This document shows positions 1 to 8,428 of a stretch of DNA of 64,000 nt, one piece after another (within the stretch, counting starts at the first letter, position 1; every line of letters begins with the position of its first letter). The notes under the pieces were generated by a model that was given only the letters and a program-made list of their open reading frames with translations, ran no database searches and was not told where the DNA came from. This DNA comes from a virus. The DNA is taken from positions 4,220 to 68,219 of IMG/VR virus record IMGVR_UViG_3300033149_003379, one strand, 5' to 3'. Both the position numbers and the translations under genes were made by a program.

Positions 1-2
1 TG

Positions 3-1286
3 GCTCCTATACTCGGTCTTGTCTATCTGTCTCTTGCTAATGACAAGACCTACTTTCACTCTATTTTCCAACGAGTTATTCGTACTCCTAATGATTTGAG
101 AGACTTCGTTCAAATAGTTCGAAGCGGTCAGATCAGAGGAATGGGTCGAACGGTTAAGGATGCTGTGAATGCCTTCCTTTCGACAAGAATGTCTGAGTAT
201 TGGGCTATCAAGTACGGGTCCAATTCTCAGAATCCGTCTCTTCGAGATATTTATAGGATGACTCGTCCTGTTTTGACTGGAAAGGCACAAGCCATCGCTA
301 GATATCTCGTAAAGGGAGAGTTTGATGTTTCTCAGTTGAGCCAAGTGTCATACTTTGAGGCCCTTAAGAGTGTTGAAACTGAGGACAATGCAGTGTATTG
401 CATAGAGAGAGGAGCACTTCCCTATGAGGTTGTGACGTCTCTTGCTCCTTCAACAAAGAAGGTATGGACTGCTCTTTTGTATCAAGCTCCATACATGAAT
501 CTATTGATGAACCTCAACAACTTCCATAAATATGGAGTCTTTGATGATCCGAAGAATGTCGACTATGCAGTCAAGTACTTGGTTGATAATGTTGAGAAGT
601 CGAAAATCTTGCCATTCAGGTTCTTCTCAGCCTATAAGGCGCTGAACGTAGACAACAATCGAATAATTGAGGCTGTCTCGGAAGCATTGGAGAGGTCATT
701 CGTCAATTTGCCTGACATTGAAGGAAATGTGCTGATAGCGAATGACATCTCTGGGTCTATGAATTGTGCAATGTCGAATCGAGGAACCACTACCTATGCA
801 GAGGTTGCAGGTATCTTTGCAGCGGCATTGTTCAAGAAGGCTGGAGACCACTCCAAGATAGTCTCGTTCAATACGCAAGCTCTTGGAAGAACTGTAAACC
901 GAATGACTCCAATGCTTGATATGGCTCGAATGATTTCAAGCGGAGGAGGAGGTACTGATCTTAGTGCTCCTCTACAGTTCATGATGAATAATCGTCACTT
1001 TCCTGTAGATGTAGGAATTTTCATTACTGACAGTGAGAGTTGGGCTTCGTACGTGTTTAAGCACAAGACTGACAAGAGCGTCATTGAGGAATACAGAAGG
1101 ACTGTTAATCCGAATTTCAAGGCGTTCTTCATTCAACTTGCGCCATACACGCATGCTATAGTACCTAATAACTATCCTGGATGTTACTACATCTATGGTT
1201 GGTCTGAGCAGATCCTTCAATACATCACTACGATCCTTAATGGCGGAGAGACACAAGTTTCTCAAGTAAGGAAGTTGGTGATATAA
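3..1286 (+). CDS. Ro60/Rsr TROVE-domain RNA-binding protein with C-terminal VWA domain (5' truncated by window edge)
   Basis: Frame open from position 3 (APILGLVYLS...RTPNDLRDF). Motifs PYMNLLMNLNNF and SKILPFRFFSAY; VWA MIDAS DISGSM...GGGTDL...ITDSE. Confidence 0.9.
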   Translation, partial: APILGLVYLSLANDKTYFHSIFQRVIRTPNDLRDFVQIVRSGQIRGMGRTVKDAVNAFLSTRMSEYWAIKYGSNSQNPSLRDIYRMTRPVLTGKAQAIARYLVKGEFDVSQLSQVSYFEALKSVETEDNAVYCIERGALPYEVVTSLAPSTKKVWTALLYQAPYMNLLMNLNNFHKYGVFDDPKNVDYAVKYLVDNVEKSKILPFRFFSAYKALNVDNNRIIEAVSEALERSFVNLPDIEGNVLIANDISGSMNCAMSNRGTTTYAEVAGIFAAALFKKAGDHSKIVSFNTQALGRTVNRMTPMLDMARMISSGGGGTDLSAPLQFMMNNRHFPVDVGIFITDSESWASYVFKHKTDKSVIEEYRRTVNPNFKAFFIQLAPYTHAIVPNNYPGCYYIYGWSEQILQYITTILNGGETQVSQVRKLVI

Positions 1287-1287
1287 T
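1279..1287 (+). promoter_or_regulatory. Extended -10 promoter (TGATATAAT) overlapping the Ro60 stop codon
   Basis: TG-n-TATAAT ends 8 nt before the first Y-RNA-like element. Confidence 0.55.
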
Positions 1288-1295
1288 TGGAGTGT

Positions 1296-1365
1296 ATGAG
1301 GTGTGTAGAGAGGTTACTTCGCTGTTTTGAAGACTGCACTAGGACCTTTCTCGTAACTTCCTCAT
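1296..1365 (+). ncRNA. Y RNA-like element 1
   Basis: ATGAGGTG..AGAGAGG-TTACTTCG-loop-CCTTTCT..AACTTCCTCAT; terminal and inner stems pair; directly downstream of Ro60. Confidence 0.7.
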
Positions 1366-1384
1366 GTAAACCTATTGTATTAGA

Positions 1385-1477
1385 TGAGGTGCTGATCGGG
1401 CGTACTTCGACATATTACTGAATAGGTGCAACTAACATAGAATCAACTACTTTAGCGCCTGGTCTCGAATTTCCTCA
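1385..1477 (+). ncRNA. Y RNA-like element 2
   Basis: TGAGGTG..GATCGGGCG-TACTTCG-long loop-CGCCTGGTC..AATTTCCTCA. Confidence 0.7.
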
Positions 1478-1499
1478 ACGTTCCTTAAAAGATGCTAAC

Positions 1500-1571
1500 C
1501 TGAGGTGAAGGTGGAGTTACTTCGTTATTTTGTTGATCGAAGAATTAGTACTTCACCGTCAGCTTCCTCAG
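1500..1571 (+). ncRNA. Y RNA-like element 3
   Basis: CTGAGGTG..GGTGGAGT-TACTTCG-loop-ACTTCACC..AGCTTCCTCAG. Confidence 0.7.
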
Positions 1572-1582
1572 AGTTACATAAA

Positions 1583-1650
1583 TGAGGTGAATAGTAGGGT
1601 TACTTCGTTTTCTTTGCTAAAAACGCCACGCCTTACTAATAACTTCCTCA
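1583..1650 (+). ncRNA. Y RNA-like element 4
   Basis: TGAGGTG..TAGTAGGGT-TACTTCG-loop-GCCTTACTA..AACTTCCTCA. Confidence 0.7.
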
Positions 1651-1670
1651 GTATCTAAAAGGAGGATGAT

Positions 1671-2027
1671 ATGACGAACAGTAAGTCTAGCCTTTCGATT
1701 GATTTGAGTATCTCTATGTTACTTGCTGCGATCGCGATGGTCGGAGCATACATAGAGTTTAGAACATTTCTACCTGTAGGAATCATTGCTCTCTATTGGT
1801 TGATTCTACAATTAGCTTCGATCGTGAATCTCCTTCCTGTTGCAGGTCCAATCTTGTTCTACTTCATTGGACATGAATGGGCTCTTCCATTTCTCCTATC
1901 ACAAACCGATATTCCGATGTCAGGATTCTGGGGACTGTCTCTCGTATTCTGGGGATTGTTCATTCTAGGAGTACTCTCTAACATTCTGATTATTCTCATC
2001 ATCATAGCTCTAGCTCGATTGAAATAG
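1671..2027 (+). CDS. Multi-pass membrane protein, unknown function
   Basis: AGGAGG RBS; several hydrophobic segments. Confidence 0.75.
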   Translation: MTNSKSSLSIDLSISMLLAAIAMVGAYIEFRTFLPVGIIALYWLILQLASIVNLLPVAGPILFYFIGHEWALPFLLSQTDIPMSGFWGLSLVFWGLFILGVLSNILIILIIIALARLK

Positions 2028-2054
2028 GAAGTTGTATTCAGAGCTTACCAGCAT

Positions 2055-2069
2055 AGTATAATTATGTTG
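2055..2069 (+). promoter_or_regulatory. Putative late promoter motif AGTATAATTATGTTG
   Basis: Identical 15-mer at 34498-34512 upstream of the scaffold/capsid genes; AGTATAATTA also at 46920. Confidence 0.55.
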
Positions 2070-2113
2070 GAGGAGTCATGAAAGGCAAGACCATCCTAAA
2101 TGACTAGAAAGAT

Positions 2114-2584
2114 GTGGTTATAGCGAATACACAAGTTAGAGCAGATTCAGGCAAGCTTTCATTAATCTCGGCGGTCTCCATTGGTGATCGCCTGTTTTCG
2201 TGTAATGGACCTAGACCTGTATCAAGAATCTTGAGGAGACATGTAGACGAGAAGATAATCGCCATACGTACACCCAGAGATGTGATATGGTGCACTAGGG
2301 ACACTCTTTTTGTCAAAGATGATAGAACTATCATACGTGCAAAGGACCTCAAGAAGGGTGATCTTTTACTGTCTCACATCGTACGAAGGAATGGAGACAT
2401 GGTGGTTATTCCAGTAGATTGGACCGATCCTTGGAGAAGCAAGGACGGCTGGCTTCAGAGATACACAGGAGAACAGGTCCTCTTTACGTTAGACAAGTGG
2501 TTTACTGGATTCATGTACTCTGTTGAACTCGAAGGCACCGACACGTTCTTTTGTAGGAGGTTGTGCATTAAGTGGGAGAACTAA
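2114..2584 (+). CDS. Free-standing Hint (intein/hedgehog-like) domain protein, degenerate
   Basis: VIANTQV..ISAVSIGD..CTRD..RAKDLKKGD..MYSVELEGTDTFF follows the Hint blocks; no N-terminal Cys and no terminal HN. Confidence 0.7.
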   Translation: MVIANTQVRADSGKLSLISAVSIGDRLFSCNGPRPVSRILRRHVDEKIIAIRTPRDVIWCTRDTLFVKDDRTIIRAKDLKKGDLLLSHIVRRNGDMVVIPVDWTDPWRSKDGWLQRYTGEQVLFTLDKWFTGFMYSVELEGTDTFFCRRLCIKWEN

Positions 2585-4407
2585 CAAAACTTCATGAGTT
2601 GATCGCTGAGCTGTCAGAACCTCAGAAGCTCGAGAAGTTCTACTCGAAGAAATACAATCTTGAATTGATTCCACTGAAACCCGGACAATTGCCTCCGAAG
2701 GGAGCTCAGGTCTTTACAGGAAGGAGAGGTGGTAAATACTACTACTTTCCTCGTGGTAAAAAGAAGGAGGAAGAAGAGACTGTATCTCAACCGCAAATTG
2801 AGGAGAAGCCTGTTGAGACTGATCCTATCAAGAAATACACAGATGGGTCAAAGGAGGCTCACGAAAGGCTATTCAAGGAACATTCCTACGATCTAACAGG
2901 TCTTGTTAAAGATACTAAATACGATCGTATTGAATGGGAGGCTATACGTGAGTATGCACAAACTCACAAGGATAATGGAACAGATAAGTTCTTAAAGGAA
3001 GCTATAGAGCATGCTCGCTATAAAAGATTTCTTGTTTGGTCGGCTGAATATGACAAAAATGTTGAGCTCGCAGTTGAATATATTAAAAAGGCTCGAGAAA
3101 AACATCCTGAGATTTCTCATCCTCATGAACGTGGAATAAAAGATTCTGCAATTAAGAATGATGATGGTGAATGGTGGCTTTATAATCCATTAGAAAATGT
3201 CTTTGCTGGACGAGGAGACTATACATCTCTAACTAAAGATGATTGGGTTCATACAGGACTCAACGATCACAGTCGTAAATTACATATAGATGTCGAAAAT
3301 CATACTATCACAGACTCTAAGGATTCAAAGGTTTATAAGTTTAAAGACCTTGAGGACCTCCAAGAGATACTGATTGGTAGTTTCGGATTTTCATATGATG
3401 ACAAAGACTCAATCAAAAGATCGTATAACTTTTTCTCTGAAATAGGAACTGACAAAGGAGACCCTCTTGAAAAGTTTTCTGAGGAGGAGACCACTGAATT
3501 TAAGAGACTAATAAGTCGCTTTGCACATGATGATTATGATGCATATCATATTGAAACTCGAACTCAAGATGAAATCTACAGGTTTTGTCAGTATTTAGCA
3601 TCTGTAGACAAAATTGACATGTTCACCTCTGCACCATCATATTTAGACGAGGAACACGCTTCAAAATTAATTGATTGGACAGTCGGTCAGGTAAAAAGAG
3701 CACAATCTTTAGGTATAGCTCATCCATGTCAGGCAGATCTCTTAGGAATATTAATGGACTCTGGAGCTACAGGTGATGTTTGTGCCAAAGCATTAGCTGA
3801 AAGCTACAAATTGTACAGTCATTCTCATGGAGCGAGACTACCGATGCCACCCGTAATCGAGGACCAACAAAACTTAGATGTAGCTAAACATCAGGTCATT
3901 GATAATTTCTTGATTGCTGGTGGAACTAGAGCGCATCAAGCTCTCAGTAGTGCAGTCAACAAAATCTTCAATGGTAAAACTGATAGAACTGTATTTTATT
4001 GGAGAGACTCAGAGACGAGGCATGCAGAACCAATACCTCCATTAATAACCTCTCCTGATAATCAAATCCTCGCAGTCACTAAGGATATATATCGTGAGAC
4101 TCAGGAGTATTTTAGAAACAAGAAGATAGATACAGTAACTGTATATCGAGGAGTCAATTCAGGCATTACCACGAATTCTCCGATTGAGAGTTGGACCGCC
4201 AGTTTAGATTGTGCTCGGCGTTTCAATGGAGGAAGTGGAGCAATCTTCAAGGTGACTGTACCGATCGATCGAATCTTTATGTCATACAAATCACAACGAT
4301 ACGATTGGTTACCTGAGGAAGACTTGGAAGGAAAAAAGGAATACACTCTGATAGGCATAAAGGATGGTAAATCATTATTTGATGAATTCCAGGTGGAAAA
4401 GGTATGA
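2572..4407 (+). CDS. GPRGG-type leader protein with C-terminal ADP-ribosyltransferase-like domain
   Basis: N-term LKPGQLPPKGAQVFTGRRGGKYY; C-term VYRG...ESWT...KKEY. Confidence 0.6.
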   Translation: MGELTKLHELIAELSEPQKLEKFYSKKYNLELIPLKPGQLPPKGAQVFTGRRGGKYYYFPRGKKKEEEETVSQPQIEEKPVETDPIKKYTDGSKEAHERLFKEHSYDLTGLVKDTKYDRIEWEAIREYAQTHKDNGTDKFLKEAIEHARYKRFLVWSAEYDKNVELAVEYIKKAREKHPEISHPHERGIKDSAIKNDDGEWWLYNPLENVFAGRGDYTSLTKDDWVHTGLNDHSRKLHIDVENHTITDSKDSKVYKFKDLEDLQEILIGSFGFSYDDKDSIKRSYNFFSEIGTDKGDPLEKFSEEETTEFKRLISRFAHDDYDAYHIETRTQDEIYRFCQYLASVDKIDMFTSAPSYLDEEHASKLIDWTVGQVKRAQSLGIAHPCQADLLGILMDSGATGDVCAKALAESYKLYSHSHGARLPMPPVIEDQQNLDVAKHQVIDNFLIAGGTRAHQALSSAVNKIFNGKTDRTVFYWRDSETRHAEPIPPLITSPDNQILAVTKDIYRETQEYFRNKKIDTVTVYRGVNSGITTNSPIESWTASLDCARRFNGGSGAIFKVTVPIDRIFMSYKSQRYDWLPEEDLEGKKEYTLIGIKDGKSLFDEFQVEKV

Positions 4408-6689
4408 AGGAAATTAAAGTTGGACATGTAAAGGTCTTAGTGCCAGAGAATCCGAAGGATGAACTGAGGATTGGCTCTATGAAGGATGTTGTTCCGACCT
4501 TTATGAATAATAAACGTAGGACTAGTGAGCTTATCAGAAAGGAACAAGCTACTCCGCCTCGTCCAGGTCTTGTCTTCGATAGAGTCAAACATCGTTGGAT
4601 TAGGCCTAAATATGGGAAGGAGAAATACGAGGTAAACCTTCCACAAGAAATAAAGGAGATGAATGAGTACCTCGATAGGTTGAAGCATCGAAAACCTCAA
4701 CTTAAGGAGCTCGGAGAAAAACTTGATGCTCAGCAGATATCAAAAATAAAGGACAACGTAGATGAATACTTAGGCCAGTATGAACGCTTTTTCGATGCAG
4801 AAACCTACAATAAGGTTAGAAGTATCAGCTATAGGTTAGTCAGTTCCATCAGTAGATTCACATCCAGATACACTCCAGATGCACTTCAGGACCTTGTTTT
4901 TAAGTCCATTGACTGTCTTATTTACTGTGAAGCAAGGTCATGGGAGAGACAACTATCTGATCATGGTATCAGACATATATGGAATGATATTGATACAGCC
5001 AATCGTATATTCGATGCGATATCCTCTAAGAGTCCTAAAAATCCTATAACTAACCGAGAGGTCATGATGGCGAACCTCATTCTCATCTTCCATGATATCG
5101 GATATACTGCAGGTCCTGTTAGAGAGTCTATTGCTCATACAAAGCAACACCAGATTATCAGTCGAAGATGGTTCGAATATGAGAAGGAATTCTTCAAGAA
5201 GTATTTTTCTAATGACGAACTCGACTTCATGGCTGATATCATTCAGAATCATGATACTACGGTAATTGACTGGGAGAATCACCGACTGCTGACTACGGTA
5301 AGTCTATCAGATAATTTATCCTTGTTCCATGAGGAGAAATTACCATCATTGTTTAGGTACGTGCCAGGATCGTTAGAAGTTCTGTTCGACTTGAAGGATG
5401 CTCTTGAAGCAGGAGATGAGAAAGCTGAAGATCGAGCTAGGGAGCTTCTGGATAAGAAGATTGATGAGTCCTATCTGCCTGAATACAGCAAAGCATGGCT
5501 CAAACAAGCTGCTAAGGGTATAAATCCGTATACTGTAAAGGTTACTATACCTATGCTGATCGGTCGGATCAGGCATTTCGATTGGGAAGACTCTGGATTG
5601 GTCGTCGATATTGATGAGAGCCCATTTGATACGAAGGTTGCTCACTTCTTCGATATGGGTCAAAGAAAATACCAGAAGTTCGCTGAGGATTATGGTATAG
5701 ACCTCAAAGATAACGATAATATCGAATTCGTTAAGGATGGAAAAAAGGTCCTGACATTGAAAATACGGAGAAGTCCTGAACCTACCAAGATACGAAAGAA
5801 GTCATATGATGTAATGAAGGTTATGTCTACTCCTCCTCGTCCTGGATTAGTGTTTGATAGAACTAGACGGAGATGGATCAGACCGAACAAGGATATTCCT
5901 AAACCTAAACAGGAGGAGCTCTCTAGTCCATCCAAGACTCTGCTCAATATGGGAGCTAAAGATATCTTCTTCGGTAAAAAAGAAAGAGTCAATAAAATTG
6001 TCAAAGAGTTGGAGCAAGAACTCAAGACTGCTAGAGACAACCTCATTGGAAAACAAGAGGCAGCTCAAGGAGAGATGCTTGTTGATGAATGGTGTGAAGG
6101 CTCTCTATTGAATATCTATGGTCTTAGGTTCCTAGCTGCAAAGATCTCGGAAGCAAACTTCTCTGAGGAAGAGATTTTGGAAGGAACCGAGACCTTTGGA
6201 TTGAATGATAAGAGTCTCGACCTACTGAGACAGCTAAGTCAAGCTAAGTTTCTCATTCCAGATGAGCATGGAAATTTGTCTACAGATCGGGCAGAAAATA
6301 TCTTGAAGCGAGAAAAGGCCTTTGCTGAAAAGAGAGCACGAGAGCTCTTTGGAGATAAGATTAAAGTTTATAGAGCTGTTTATGGAGAACAGGCCGAGCA
6401 GATATTAGAAGAGTTGGAGAAGAGCAAAACAGGAGAAGCCTCCTTTAGTACAATGCCGCTCGCATCGTATAGTCAAGACCGAGACGCTGCGGTAATATTT
6501 GCTCATAACAATTCAAAGGGAAAGACTTCTGTATTGATCGAACGAGAAATTGGAGCAGACGAGATTCAATTCGCATGGTTCTCAAATCCAGTGTTCTTGT
6601 ATCAATTTAAGGAACAGTTCGAGGTTACTATAGCTCCAAAGGAGAAGACAATAACACTTAGTAGAGATTCGGTGACTAAGTTATGGTAA
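4404..6689 (+). CDS. Two-module protein: PPRPG leader + HD hydrolase, second PPRPG leader + ADP-ribosyltransferase-like domain
   Basis: PPRPGLVFDR..RWIRP occurs twice; DHGIRH..FHDIGY..H..NHD..SD; VYRA..ASYS..EQFE. Confidence 0.65.
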   Translation: MKEIKVGHVKVLVPENPKDELRIGSMKDVVPTFMNNKRRTSELIRKEQATPPRPGLVFDRVKHRWIRPKYGKEKYEVNLPQEIKEMNEYLDRLKHRKPQLKELGEKLDAQQISKIKDNVDEYLGQYERFFDAETYNKVRSISYRLVSSISRFTSRYTPDALQDLVFKSIDCLIYCEARSWERQLSDHGIRHIWNDIDTANRIFDAISSKSPKNPITNREVMMANLILIFHDIGYTAGPVRESIAHTKQHQIISRRWFEYEKEFFKKYFSNDELDFMADIIQNHDTTVIDWENHRLLTTVSLSDNLSLFHEEKLPSLFRYVPGSLEVLFDLKDALEAGDEKAEDRARELLDKKIDESYLPEYSKAWLKQAAKGINPYTVKVTIPMLIGRIRHFDWEDSGLVVDIDESPFDTKVAHFFDMGQRKYQKFAEDYGIDLKDNDNIEFVKDGKKVLTLKIRRSPEPTKIRKKSYDVMKVMSTPPRPGLVFDRTRRRWIRPNKDIPKPKQEELSSPSKTLLNMGAKDIFFGKKERVNKIVKELEQELKTARDNLIGKQEAAQGEMLVDEWCEGSLLNIYGLRFLAAKISEANFSEEEILEGTETFGLNDKSLDLLRQLSQAKFLIPDEHGNLSTDRAENILKREKAFAEKRARELFGDKIKVYRAVYGEQAEQILEELEKSKTGEASFSTMPLASYSQDRDAAVIFAHNNSKGKTSVLIEREIGADEIQFAWFSNPVFLYQFKEQFEVTIAPKEKTITLSRDSVTKLW

Positions 6690-8428
6690 ATATCGATATA
6701 CAAGATTGGTTGGATAGGGTAAAGATCGACGAAGAGGTTGGTGAAACCTTGAAAAAGGAACAAGCTGTTCCTCCAAGGCCAGGTCTCGTCTTTGATAGGC
6801 AGAGACATCGATGGGTTCGTCCAGATAAGGAACGACCGAAGGACTTCAAGTCTCCTAAAGAAGATCTGACCTCTATTTCAATACCAGAGAACCTGAAGGG
6901 AGACAAACAAGCTGAAGAGCTTATTAGTGTTCTCAACGAGAAATTGAAGAAACTGAAGGAAGACGAAAGCTTTGCTCCATCATATCTCGACAATTACGAG
7001 TATGATTTACTAATGAATTACTCGGAGGAGTACGCAGAACAACTTGTTCCAATAATAGTTGATTACTACAAGAAGGCTCTCGATATAGGAGTCAAAAGTG
7101 CTAAAGATAAAGACAGGTTCGATAAGTTAACATTTGCGGCAAATAAGATTATTCACGCTCTCTATTATCGAACTAGAGACTTTCATACTGATTCGAAGGA
7201 GGTTCACGACTTACTAGAAACATGCTTAAAGAAACCTTATGAAATAAAGGGAATATTATCACCTCGAGAAGCGAATCGTCTTTTTGATTATGGTGCTGAG
7301 CCTCGTCTACTTAGAGAACATTTCAACTTATTCAGTAAATATGCGTCTTCAATAAAAGAATTTTCTTACTTATTCAAGATCAGAATTTCTGATGCTCTTT
7401 TAGAGAAGTTTAGTAAGAAAGTTGATTTTGTTATGAGTCACTTGAGCCAAGATGAGCTTGACGAGATAAGCTTAGAAAATATCATAGAGAGCTTAGCATA
7501 TAATTGTAAGTCTTCACAGCTTGGAACTGTAGAAGGTCTCGCACATAAAGTATCTGAGACTCTTCGTACAAAGTTCAATGATGAGGAACACAGTGAAAGA
7601 TATAATTCAATTTTCAGAGCTATTGAGCATCGAAAGACTCTTCTTAATAAGATCGGTCTTGATAACCTTAAGCGCTATAAGGAAACTGGAGAATTAAGAC
7701 TTCCATCAGGTAACGAATTCAGATCGAAGTTGGAAGAAATCGTAGACATGAGTGTAAAGGACCCTGGTGAAGATACCAAAGAGTTTGTTTCGGAAATTAT
7801 GGCTGAGCTTGGAATGAGGGATGTTCACGAACTATTGGTTCGAGAGTGGGAATCTTCTGCTAACTCTCTTGGAGGCAATGCTCTGTCAAAATACATAGCG
7901 GAGTTTTATGATGGTGAAGTAAAGTATCATGAGTTTAAAGGCCCAGAGGATGTTTTACATGCTGTAGAGCAGCTAGGAATGGTGGATTTTGGAGAAGAAA
8001 AACTTACCAAATATATCAAGGAGCACTATCATTTGACTCAAGAAATGCTGAAGTACACCTTTCCTCATACAAACACAATTACTTTGTATAGAGGAACCTC
8101 TACTTATGAAAGTAAAAATATCGATGTAATAAGAGAGGCTTGGAAAAAACGAATCAAGAGTGGAGACCAAATTCAAGTTGATTCAAACTCCGTCAGTAGC
8201 TGGACACTTGACAAAGAAGTTGCGCGAAAATTTGCCAATCAACAAGAAGTACGTGGCTTAGTTTTGAGAGCTGAGGTTCCATTGTCTTCGATATTTGGAT
8301 ACTTGGCATCATACTGTTTCAGAGGAAATGAACGAGAGTTTCTCGTCATAAAGAAACCGAAGAACAAATATTACATAGAAGATGCTTGGGCGTTCCATCA
8401 TACAGAGGAGGAACTCTATAATGAATAA
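6683..8428 (+). CDS. PPRPG leader protein with C-terminal ADP-ribosyltransferase-like domain
   Basis: KEQAVPPRPGLVFDRQRHRWVRP; TLYRG...SSWT...NEREF (R-S-ExE). Confidence 0.65.
   Translation: MVNIDIQDWLDRVKIDEEVGETLKKEQAVPPRPGLVFDRQRHRWVRPDKERPKDFKSPKEDLTSISIPENLKGDKQAEELISVLNEKLKKLKEDESFAPSYLDNYEYDLLMNYSEEYAEQLVPIIVDYYKKALDIGVKSAKDKDRFDKLTFAANKIIHALYYRTRDFHTDSKEVHDLLETCLKKPYEIKGILSPREANRLFDYGAEPRLLREHFNLFSKYASSIKEFSYLFKIRISDALLEKFSKKVDFVMSHLSQDELDEISLENIIESLAYNCKSSQLGTVEGLAHKVSETLRTKFNDEEHSERYNSIFRAIEHRKTLLNKIGLDNLKRYKETGELRLPSGNEFRSKLEEIVDMSVKDPGEDTKEFVSEIMAELGMRDVHELLVREWESSANSLGGNALSKYIAEFYDGEVKYHEFKGPEDVLHAVEQLGMVDFGEEKLTKYIKEHYHLTQEMLKYTFPHTNTITLYRGTSTYESKNIDVIREAWKKRIKSGDQIQVDSNSVSSWTLDKEVARKFANQQEVRGLVLRAEVPLSSIFGYLASYCFRGNEREFLVIKKPKNKYYIEDAWAFHHTEEELYNE

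Noticed and set aside
1296-1650. Repeated motif array read as a CRISPR array
   Set aside because: The conserved parts are split 5' and 3' halves that pair around a variable interior, unit lengths vary, and there are no cas genes. The Ro60 neighbour explains it better.
2105-2107. Genome-wide amber (TAG) recoding
   Set aside because: TAG serves as a normal stop for thyX, the scaffold gene and others, genes are long in the standard code, and no suppressor tRNA was seen.
2114-2584. Active intein
   Set aside because: No flanking exteins, no Cys/Ser1 and no terminal His-Asn.
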